From a virus (Duplodnaviria; Heunggongvirae; Uroviricota; Caudoviricetes), in the IMG/VR virus record IMGVR_UViG_3300000059_000099, positions 1 to 5,358 of that record: a stretch of 5,358 nt of DNA. One strand, given 5' to 3'. How positions within the stretch are numbered: position 1 is the stretch's first letter; every line of letters starts with the position of its first letter. A program made the translations under genes and the position numbers. Below, piece by piece: positions 1 through 5,358 of the stretch. Under the pieces are notes generated by a model. The model was not told the DNA's origin and did not search any database. It saw only the letters and a program-made list of their open reading frames with translations.

Positions 1-999
1 ATCGCGGAATTTTTCGAAGTAGCCGATAAATGCGCCAAGAGTTTGCGTGCGCATATGTGCCAGCAGGCGCAGGATTGCCCGACGGCGGTCAGTATCAATT
101 TCAGCTATAGGTAGCAGGTCGCCCAGAATCTCGTTGTAGCCCTTCACAACTTCAGCAGGGTCAACGGCAGCCTCAGCAGTGGCCCACGCCTCAGCGTCAG
201 CCAGATATCCGTCAAACCGGTTTACGCGGCAAATGTTCGCAGGTTTCGGCACGCTTCCGCTACGACGGCGCCATGTCGCAATAACCCAACGAATTACTAA
301 CTGAATCTCAGCCACGCTGTAACCAGCGCGGGTGGTGGTGGCAGTCAGCAGCATGACAAACGGTTTAACGTCGCGGCAGCGTGTACCGACTTTCTCGTTG
401 TAGTAGTTCAGAGCTTTTTGAGCGTCAGCGAGAATGATTTCCTCGCCCTCCCCCTTTTGGGGGTAAGGGGGATCTTTTATCTCTGTAGTACTCTCTGTTG
501 TATTCTCTGTAAGAGATTGGGTCATTTTGACCTTAGCGCATGGGTCAACTTGACCTGATGCTTGGGTCACATTGACCTCTTCGATTGGGTCAACTTGACC
601 TGATGCTTGGGTCACATTGACCTCTTCGATTGGGTCAACTTGACCTAATCGATTGGCCACAGGGAATGTTGTCTCTTCAATCTTACATAACTGGGCATAA
701 TTGATTGAATACCACTTGGTTTTATCCCAGGCATCACTGTTAAAGTTCCCAGTAAGCAACACATTCAATTTTTCCAGATTGGCCAACACGCGTTTTATTG
801 TCGACTCGCTCCAGAACGGGAATTGTTCTTGCCAGTCGGTCACACTGTTGTACACCCAGTGGCGATTTTCGAAGAAATTTTGAGACGAATTCAGCCAGTA
901 GTGGATTTGCTGTAGAACGATGGCTTCATTCAACCCTATAGTGCATGCCAACGTGGGCAGGACCTGAAGGGGGTTTTCGTTAATCAGCAAACGACTCAT
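1..999 (-). CDS. Phage replication initiation / replisome-organizer protein, N-terminal 333 codons (continues past window start); lambda O-like in architecture (origin iterons inside the gene) but not obviously in sequence
   Basis: Hand translation of the minus strand from ATG (complement of 997..999) is open to position 1: MSRLLINENPLQVLPTLACTIGLNEAIVLQQIHYWLNS... The iteron-encoded stretch reads in frame as repeated GQVDPIEEVNVTQAS. A GGAG Shine-Dalgarno sits about 8 nt upstream; the start lies 2 nt after the upstream gene's stop. The six-frame track omits it, apparently because it has no in-window stop. Confidence 0.75.
   Translation of the reverse strand, partial: MSRLLINENPLQVLPTLACTIGLNEAIVLQQIHYWLNSSQNFFENRHWVYNSVTDWQEQFPFWSESTIKRVLANLEKLNVLLTGNFNSDAWDKTKWYSINYAQLCKIEETTFPVANRLGQVDPIEEVNVTQASGQVDPIEEVNVTQASGQVDPCAKVKMTQSLTENTTESTTEIKDPPYPQKGEGEEIILADAQKALNYYNEKVGTRCRDVKPFVMLLTATTTRAGYSVAEIQLVIRWVIATWRRRSGSVPKPANICRVNRFDGYLADAEAWATAEAAVDPAEVVKGYNEILGDLLPIAEIDTDRRRAILRLLAHMRTQTLGAFIGYFEKFRD
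518..646. repeat. Iteron array (candidate replication origin) inside the replication gene: six copies of TGGGTCA-NN(N)-TTGACCT with internal dyad symmetry (GGTCA..TGACC), spaced 22-24 bp
   Basis: Direct reading: copies start at about 518, 541, 563, 587, 609 and 631, alternating the variants GGGTCAACTTGACC and GGGTCACATTGACC. A pyrimidine-rich segment and a C5TTTTG5 hairpin lie at 451-517. Confidence 0.7.
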
Positions 1000-1001
1000 A
1001 C

Positions 1002-1226
1002 TCAGATCTCCAGAGCTTCGGCTATCTGACGACAACCGGCTTCATAGTCCGCATTGCTCAGCCCTTTGTCGCGCAACTCGACCTTCCTGGATTCATACTG
1101 CTCCCACACCGAAAGCGCGGCAGCCATACGCCCATCAAAAATAGGTTGGATCTCTGCAACATGTGCCGGGCGCCCATTCAGGTGCCAGCCGTTACGCCAG
1201 GTAATGCGGTCAATATGTCTTAACAT
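1002..1226 (-). CDS. Hypothetical 74-aa phage protein between the YdaT-like gene and the replication gene
   Basis: ORF in the track (MLRHIDRITWRNGWHLNGRPAHVAEIQPIF...). On the minus strand it is preceded by GAGGAAAGACCG then ATG, the same initiation cassette used at 3794. Tightly packed with its neighbours. No family recognised. Confidence 0.55.
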   Translation of the reverse strand: MLRHIDRITWRNGWHLNGRPAHVAEIQPIFDGRMAAALSVWEQYESRKVELRDKGLSNADYEAGCRQIAEALEI

Positions 1227-1265
1227 CGGTCTTTCCTCGGTATAAGTTAAACGCTGGTCAGGCGC

Positions 1266-1742
1266 TCATGCATGGTGGCCTTGCGCAGTGCTTATCACTG
1301 CTCCTCGCGTCGCTACCAGCGCCGCTATTGCTTCGTCAATTTCCTGAATAGTTAACTCTGGCGCGAAGTGGAGATGTACAGCGTTAATCGCTTCCACCCC
1401 TTCTTTTGCCGCCAGCGTTGCCAGCAAAACGGGATCGCCCGGCGACTCCAGACGCGCCCGCCGTTCTGCGGGTAGCACTGCTTTCATCACACTGGCCAGC
1501 ACCTGAGTTTTTCGGCGCGCCGCCGTTGTCTCGCCACGTAACCAGCGAAAGATTTTCTGCCGGTTGTTGTTGATGGCTCTCCAGTCCACGTTGCCGTCCG
1601 TGTCCTCAAATTCATGTAGTCTCAACTCATCATTGCGTCCCTGACTGAACCAGGCCCGGCAGATTTCAATCGTGACGAGTTCCTGCCCTGCCCTTGCCGC
1701 CCAGGTCAAAATCTCTTTTTGTAATTCCTCTTGGTTTTCCAT
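1266..1742 (-). CDS. ydaT: YdaT-like protein (Rac prophage YdaT family; described as a CII-like regulator / putative toxin), 158 aa
   Basis: Recalled similarity to Rac YdaT: LxxAAxxGQ near the N-terminus, NNRQKIFRWLRGET, and LPAERRARL. AGGAGA Shine-Dalgarno upstream of the ATG at 1742. Sits immediately downstream of the Cro-like gene, as in Rac (ydaS-ydaT). Confidence 0.6.
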   Translation of the reverse strand: MENQEELQKEILTWAARAGQELVTIEICRAWFSQGRNDELRLHEFEDTDGNVDWRAINNNRQKIFRWLRGETTAARRKTQVLASVMKAVLPAERRARLESPGDPVLLATLAAKEGVEAINAVHLHFAPELTIQEIDEAIAALVATRGAVISTAQGHHA

Positions 1743-1801
1743 AGCGTCTCCTGTCGCTAAAAATTGATTACGCTTAATCAGATGTAATAAGCCGCCTTTT
1801 G

Positions 1802-1999
1802 CTAAGCTTTTTCATGTTTTGGAACATCGTAAAAAGTCGGGTCATATTTCAGTGCTCCATTAGTGATATGGTCGAGTCGAGCTGCTCGCTTTTCAGGAAC
1901 TGTTGCCCCCCAACGAGTAACCGCCACTTGTGATATACCCAGCACCTTGGCTGTGGCTGTCTTTGAACCAAAAAAACTAATAACCGTCTCTGTTTTCAT
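1802..1999 (-). CDS. dicC: DicC/YdaS-like Cro-type HTH regulator, 65 aa
   Basis: Translation MKTETVISFFGSKTATAKVLGISQVAVTRWGATVPEKRAARLDHITNGALKYDPTFYDV matches the DicC pattern recalled from Qin (FGSKT...VPE.RA.RL...L.YDP..Y). Strong GGAGGAAT Shine-Dalgarno before the ATG. Divergent from the DicA-like repressor. Confidence 0.7.
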   Translation of the reverse strand: MKTETVISFFGSKTATAKVLGISQVAVTRWGATVPEKRAARLDHITNGALKYDPTFYDVPKHEKA

Positions 2000-2067
2000 A
2001 ATTCCTCCGCGTAACTTTTGTTAGCAACATAAATACTAACGAAAGTTATGTCAAGTTAACTTATATT
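2000..2067. promoter_or_regulatory. Divergent immunity control region (OR analogue): two palindromic operator-like sites, TAACTTTTGTTA (2012-2023) and TAACGAAAGTTA (2037-2048), plus a leftward promoter for the Cro-like gene
   Basis: The two 12-mers are reverse-complement variants of each other and form a 13-bp inverted repeat around an 11-bp centre. On the minus strand, TTGACA (complement of 2049-2054), a 17-nt spacer and TATGTT (complement of 2026-2031) make a promoter, with one operator in its spacer. AGTTAACT palindrome at 2053-2060. Confidence 0.5.
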
Positions 2068-2481
2068 ATGAGGATGAAAAATTTGATGCTTAGCGACCGT
2101 TTATCTCAAAGACGCAAACAGCTTGGTCTAACCCAACAACAGCTTGCTGATATGGTTGGAAGATCGAGTGTGAGCGTTTTTAAATGGGAAAGCGGACAAA
2201 ATGAACCAAAGGGCCAGAACTTGTTGGCTTTGGCCAATGCACTCAAGTGTTCTGCCACATGGCTGCTTTTTGGTGACGAAGACCAGGCGCCAACTCCGGT
2301 AGACGAATTACCAACAGAGCTGGATTCACGTCAAAAAAGATTGTTAGAGTTATTTGATTCATTACCCGAGTCAGAAAAAGAAAAGCAACTAATTGAATTA
2401 GAAGATAAAGTTGAAAACTTTAATCGTTTATTTGAAGAGTTACTGGTTACCAGAAAGAAACTAACCCCCACCAAAAAATAA
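2068..2481 (+). CDS. dicA: DicA-like HTH (XRE-family) prophage repressor, 137 aa from the first ATG; alternative starts at 2074 and 2086
   Basis: Translation ...MKNLMLSDRLSQRRKQLGLTQQQLADMVGRSSVSVFKWESGQNEPKGQNLLALANALKCSATWLLFGDEDQAPTP... closely parallels the DicA sequence recalled from Qin (KNLTIGERIRYRRKNL..., SPTWILFGDEDKQPTP, LPESE, KNFNKLFEELL). No good Shine-Dalgarno before 2068, so the message may be leaderless or start at 2074/2086. Confidence 0.85.
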   Translation: MRMKNLMLSDRLSQRRKQLGLTQQQLADMVGRSSVSVFKWESGQNEPKGQNLLALANALKCSATWLLFGDEDQAPTPVDELPTELDSRQKRLLELFDSLPESEKEKQLIELEDKVENFNRLFEELLVTRKKLTPTKK

Positions 2482-2484
2482 AAT

Positions 2485-2519
2485 AAAGGCAATGTTTTCA
2501 ATGCATTGCCTTTATTTTT
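2485..2519. terminator. Rho-independent terminator after the repressor gene, probably bidirectional
   Basis: Stem AAAGGCAATG (2485-2494) pairs with CATTGCCTTT (2504-2513) around a 9-nt loop, followed by TATTTTTA. The A-rich 5' flank (AAAAAATAAAAT) gives a U-tract on the opposite strand. Confidence 0.7.
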
Positions 2520-2530
2520 ACCCCAAATAC

Positions 2531-2580
2531 TAACTTTTGTTATAAAACATCTTGCACATAAAATTACCTTTAGTTATATT
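2531..2580 (+). promoter_or_regulatory. Second operator copy (TAACTTTTGTTA, 2531-2542) next to a near-consensus sigma70 promoter firing rightward (-35 TTGCAC 2552-2557, 17-nt spacer, -10 TATATT 2575-2580): a pL/OL analogue
   Basis: The 12-mer is identical to the operator at 2012-2023. Hexamers and spacing were read directly. Placement just beyond the repressor terminator mirrors lambda OL/pL. Confidence 0.45.
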
Positions 2581-2914
2581 CATTCCATCAACAACGCTTA
2601 CCCAGCGGCAGTTGTTCAGAAACACGTTCTGACAGCCGGAAAGACGGCACCAAATTTTGCGCGTCGGCGCCAACACGGTGACAGAGGGAAAGACTTCACC
2701 GGCATATGGCACATGTGTCGAAGCGGTCTGGATGGAAGCGGAGCCTTAACGCGTTGTCTCCATAGCAGGTAGCCGGAATGTGCAAGCCACAGCCAGGTAT
2801 GAGCGATTGATTCACCATCAAGGCGATACGGTGTGACCACCAGGGAAGAGTCCTGGCTACAACACGAGAGCGCACTTCATCGACTCAACTTTGAGCTTTG
2901 TCGTTAAATTTTGA

Positions 2915-3055
2915 AATGGCGGAGTGCGCTCCCGGTTGTGGTGAACAGGTGTTTAACGGGAACTCCCTGCCCGTTACCCGGTTCGATTCCGGGCGCCCAT
3001 CATCAATTTGCTGTGTTTAGTCTTTGCCCAGTCCGCACGATGGGCCATTTTTTCA
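2915..3055 (+). ncRNA. Candidate small structured RNA (speculative): two adjacent hairpins, one a tRNA-like T-arm, closed by an intrinsic-terminator-like hairpin
   Basis: Hairpin AACGGG-(9 nt)-CCCGTT at 2955-2975. Hairpin CCCGG-TTCGATT-CCGGG at 2977-2993, where the loop matches the tRNA T-loop pattern (GGTTCGATTCC). Downstream stem GCCCA / TGGGC with T6 at 3026-3053. Only a weak promoter upstream (TCGACT, 18 nt, TAAATT, about 2881-2910). No ORF support. Confidence 0.2.
3025..3054 (+). terminator. Candidate intrinsic terminator inside the non-coding stretch
   Basis: GCCCA (3026-3030) pairs with TGGGC (3041-3045) around a 10-nt loop, followed by CCATTTTTTC (T6 at 3048-3053). The stem is short but GC-rich. 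Confidence 0.35.
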
Positions 3056-3146
3056 CACAGCCAGGTTTTATCGCTGTGCCTGAGTCCCCAACAGGAGAGG
3101 CCAAACCCGCAGCGTGACACCAGGGAAAGACCGGAGGAAGTACCAC

Positions 3147-3214
3147 GCCTGACCAGCGTTGACCATGAGCCTGACCAGCTCAAAACAGGAAAGACCAGCC
3201 CGGGCCTGACCAGC
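3147..3214. repeat. Short direct-repeat cluster: GCCTGACCAGC three times (3147, 3169, 3204) with extra GACCA(G/T) copies, phased about 11 bp apart
   Basis: Direct reading of gcctgaccagc-gttgaccatga-gcctgaccagc-tcaaaacaggaaagaccagcc-cgg-gcctgaccagc. GACCA cores at about 3151, 3162, 3173, 3194 and 3208. Confidence 0.6.
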
Positions 3215-3334
3215 CCTGTACGGTCGTAATGGAAACATAACGACGCCGGAAACGTAACCGGCACCCTTTAGATAGCAAAAGACCCGCACAAGGCGGGCCA
3301 GTTACCCCGAACGGCGACCAAACCATTCGGATTT

Positions 3335-3358
3335 ATCACAAGTGACCAAACTTGTGAT
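3335..3358. other. Perfect 9-bp inverted repeat ATCACAAGT-GACCAA-ACTTGTGAT (operator-like palindrome or RNA hairpin), directly upstream of a degenerate gene-start cassette
   Basis: Positions 3335-3343 pair perfectly with 3350-3358. No U-tract follows, so it is not a canonical terminator. Confidence 0.5.
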
Positions 3359-3442
3359 GAGGAAAGACCAACGACACTGACGCTATGGAAGCTGATCAAT
3401 ATTCGCTGATCGGCTCTGAGTATACATTACCAAGGAGTCGCT

Positions 3443-3763
3443 ATGGAAGCGCGCACCATCCCAGTAACACTCTTTATTCATTATGCAACTTCAACTTTCA
3501 GCCACGAAAAGCTGCTTGTTGCGACGGTTGATATGTCAAAAAATTTTCCAGACAGGTACATCCTTCTGGAAAGCCGCGAAATTGAAATTACCGTCAACCA
3601 GCCCCAGCCAATCGACATCATCGGTTTACAGGTCGAGCAGCTGCATGAGCAAAAACAGAAAACAGCCGCCGACGCCCAACAGCGTATTGCTGCTATCGAT
3701 GACGAAATCCAGCAGTTACTTTGCATCGAATACACGCCAGATACCGATGAAATCCCCTACTAA
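3443..3763 (+). CDS. Hypothetical 106-aa acidic protein, first gene after the non-coding stretch
   Basis: ORF in the track (MEARTIPVTLFIHYATSTFSHEKLLVATVDMSKNFPDRYILLESREIEITVNQ...). Strong AAGGAG Shine-Dalgarno 5-6 nt before the ATG; ends 30 nt before the next gene on the same strand. No family recognised. Confidence 0.6.
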   Translation: MEARTIPVTLFIHYATSTFSHEKLLVATVDMSKNFPDRYILLESREIEITVNQPQPIDIIGLQVEQLHEQKQKTAADAQQRIAAIDDEIQQLLCIEYTPDTDEIPY

Positions 3764-3793
3764 AGACCACTGACCTGTAATGAGGAAAGACCA

Positions 3794-5358
3794 ATGACCA
3801 TTTTTAACGGCTTGTTAGAAGCGAAAAAAGGCGCGCTCAAAAACGGTGCGATCCCGGCGCTGGCCATCGCCATCGACGCCCCTAACAAAAAAGTTGCCGA
3901 GAACATCATCATCGGCAAATTGTGGGAAGCCTACCCTGACCACGGCGACAACTATTTCAAACCTAAAATCTGGGAAGATGCCCCGGGCCAACCGCGCCCT
4001 GGCGTCGGTGAGTTTGATGAGACGTTTGCCACAGAACACAGTTTTGATGGCGAAAAATGGGTAGTTAACACCCCCGCTGATTCAGATAGCGGTTCAGCAG
4101 ATATCGCACAGGTTAACGACCTGATGAAACTGCCTGCTCGTGAACGCTTCGCCGCCGTCCTGCTGTTCAGCCACGACGCCAACGAAGTCGACAGTGAATT
4201 GCTTGCGCAGACGCGTGAATACTTGGAGATGCTCGACAACAGTGATACTAACAGTGAGGATGAGGTTGACGCGTTTAACCGCATCGTCCTCGATGCCATG
4301 GTAGCGTGTAAGCCCATTGAGTACATGCATATTGCTGGATTGAATAATCTGGTACATGCAATTTTGGCAAGTTGCGATACCCAGGAACAAAACCCGACCA
4401 GTTGGACTATCTCCAAATTTATAAAAAAATGGGTAGAGAATCCCGGTAAACGCGATGAAATGCTGCCGGAGGTAAAACCACAAACAGCATCCGCACGTCC
4501 TTACCAACAGACTCACGCCACACTGGATCGTGAAATTGCCTGCGCCCTGTTACCTGTTGCCCCGGAAAAAATCACCCCCAGCATCCTGAAAGCGGCAGAC
4601 GAAATAATCAGTCAGGACAGGGAAGATTTTAAACGCTGGTCAATGGCCTTGCGCACAACGGATCAGATCCTTGCCTATGACCGCGCATCAGTATTCGGTG
4701 TTATTCAGAGCGCCCCCGCAAAAGACACGTACCACTTCCCACAATCCCTGCGCAGTCACATCGACAACTGGCTGCAAGCTAACGGGCAGCGTGATGCAAA
4801 TGCTGTTGAAGAGAAGCCAAAGGAAGCAGCACCAAAGGATGATGTAAAAGTCACCAACCACGGCGGCGGACGATTCTCAATTGATGGGATGATGTCAGAA
4901 ACACCCTCAAATCAGGGCGAAAAAAGCGAAGCAGCAAATGCTGGAGAACGTAGTTTGCAGCAGTTGCGTGAGCAGTTTGTCACGCCTCGCCATGTGTATG
5001 ACGTACCTGAAAATAACGCCGTATCACAGAGGGAACCTGCAGCTATTACCCCGGCAGAAGAGACTCCTCCACAAGAACAACTTAGCGAGCAGGTAAAGGA
5101 TCTGGTGCAGAACGTTGACGCGCTGGTTGAGCGGATCCATACCGAAGAGTACAAGCGGCAGAATGCAATCTCAGCTATCGAAACGGAGTTAAAGGACTCC
5201 GACGACACGGATAATCTGGCATTGTGGAAGAACATATTCAAAACCGATGAGCGCTTCACCAGTGCTTTCTCTCAGAATGGCGGCGGCACATCCATCAACG
5301 GCACTTATATAGCGATGAAAGCGACTCGCGAATTTGGGCCGTTTGGTATTGGCTGGGG
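3794..5358 (+). CDS. Large hypothetical protein, N-terminal 521 codons (continues past window end); C-terminal part in the window ends with ...INGTYIAMKATREFGPFGIGW, loosely reminiscent of the Rad52/Sak-type annealing-protein core (uncertain)
   Basis: Hand translation from ATG 3794 (MTIFNGLLEAKKGALKNGAIPALAIAIDAPNKK...) runs 521 codons to the window edge without a stop. GAGGAAAGACCA precedes the ATG. Absent from the track, apparently for lack of an in-window stop. The antisense track ORFs 3952..4416, 4094..4516 and 4912..5259 lie wholly inside it. Confidence 0.7.
   Translation, partial: MTIFNGLLEAKKGALKNGAIPALAIAIDAPNKKVAENIIIGKLWEAYPDHGDNYFKPKIWEDAPGQPRPGVGEFDETFATEHSFDGEKWVVNTPADSDSGSADIAQVNDLMKLPARERFAAVLLFSHDANEVDSELLAQTREYLEMLDNSDTNSEDEVDAFNRIVLDAMVACKPIEYMHIAGLNNLVHAILASCDTQEQNPTSWTISKFIKKWVENPGKRDEMLPEVKPQTASARPYQQTHATLDREIACALLPVAPEKITPSILKAADEIISQDREDFKRWSMALRTTDQILAYDRASVFGVIQSAPAKDTYHFPQSLRSHIDNWLQANGQRDANAVEEKPKEAAPKDDVKVTNHGGGRFSIDGMMSETPSNQGEKSEAANAGERSLQQLREQFVTPRHVYDVPENNAVSQREPAAITPAEETPPQEQLSEQVKDLVQNVDALVERIHTEEYKRQNAISAIETELKDSDDTDNLALWKNIFKTDERFTSAFSQNGGGTSINGTYIAMKATREFGPFGIGW

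Noticed and set aside
701-883. Track ORF 701..883 (+), 60 aa
   Set aside because: It lies wholly antisense inside the long open frame of the replication gene, which is supported by in-frame iteron-encoded peptide repeats.
1054-1245. Track ORF 1054..1245 (+), 63 aa
   Set aside because: Antisense to the 74-aa minus-strand gene, which has a strong Shine-Dalgarno and tight operon packing. No ribosome-binding site.
1743-1801. DicF-like sRNA between the Cro-like and YdaT-like genes
   Set aside because: The gap is only about 59 bp, shows no resemblance to DicF as I recall it, and has no terminator hairpin.
2916-3004. Canonical tRNA gene around the T-loop-like hairpin
   Set aside because: No 7-bp acceptor pairing, no D-arm, a 9-nt loop where the anticodon loop should be, and no encoded CCA. 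Only the T-arm is tRNA-like.
2638-3200. CsrB-like RNA sponge, based on GGA motifs in hairpin loops
   Set aside because: Only a handful of GGA-containing loops across about 600 nt, against roughly 20 in bona fide Csr sponges, and the motif context doubles as a Shine-Dalgarno cassette. Kept only as a remote possibility.
3147-3214. CRISPR array or type III toxin-antitoxin RNA repeat array
   Set aside because: Repeats are only 11 nt with irregular spacing (22 and 35 bp), far from the 24-48-nt repeats with uniform spacers of CRISPR, and not a regular tandem array followed by a toxin gene.
2506-3289. Seven short overlapping track ORFs on both strands (2506..2772, 2530..2712, 2616..2840, 2911..3117, 2974..3264, 3008..3229, 3068..3289)
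   Set aside because: They overlap one another in different frames, lack ribosome-binding sites, have implausible Cys/Trp/Arg-rich translations, and the first starts inside the terminator. This is the pattern of GC-rich non-coding or decayed DNA. A frameshifted pseudogene cannot be excluded without a search.
2850-3440. Retron (msr-msd ncRNA with reverse transcriptase)
   Set aside because: Neither downstream ORF shows reverse-transcriptase motifs (no YxDD), and I found no flanking a1/a2 inverted repeats.
3481-3773. Track ORFs 3481..3735 (-) and 3483..3773 (+)
   Set aside because: Both overlap the 106-aa ORF at 3443..3763, which alone has a strong Shine-Dalgarno and a plausible composition.
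3815-5259. Track ORFs 3815..4039 (-), 3846..4064 (+), 3952..4416 (-), 4094..4516 (-), 4912..5259 (-)
   Set aside because: All lie inside the 521-codon uninterrupted frame starting at 3794. Their translations are low-complexity (Ser/Cys/Arg-rich), typical of off-frame or antisense reading of a real gene.

Overview
This window reads as the immunity and replication core of a lambdoid (Rac/Qin-type) prophage from an Enterobacteriaceae-like genome, truncated at both ends. All calls come from reading the sequence and hand translation; no searches were run. Minus strand, right to left: a DicC/YdaS-like Cro-type regulator (1999..1802), a YdaT-like protein (1742..1266), a 74-aa hypothetical (1226..1002), and the N-terminal 333 codons of a replication initiator (999..1) whose coding sequence carries six phased dyad-symmetric iterons (518..646). 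Plus strand: a DicA-like HTH repressor (2068..2481) divergent from the Cro-like gene across a 68-bp operator region, a bidirectional terminator, and a second operator copy with a near-consensus promoter (a pL analogue). The most unusual part is a ~0.9-kb stretch (about 2590..3440) with no convincing ORF, carrying a tRNA-like T-arm hairpin, a candidate terminator, phased GACCAGC repeats, a perfect 9-bp hairpin, and an 8-mer (GGAAAGAC) that recurs seven times in the window. It is followed by a 106-aa acidic ORF (3443..3763) and a large ORF of at least 521 codons (3794 to window end) of unknown function. No integrase, att site, CRISPR array or canonical tRNA gene is present.
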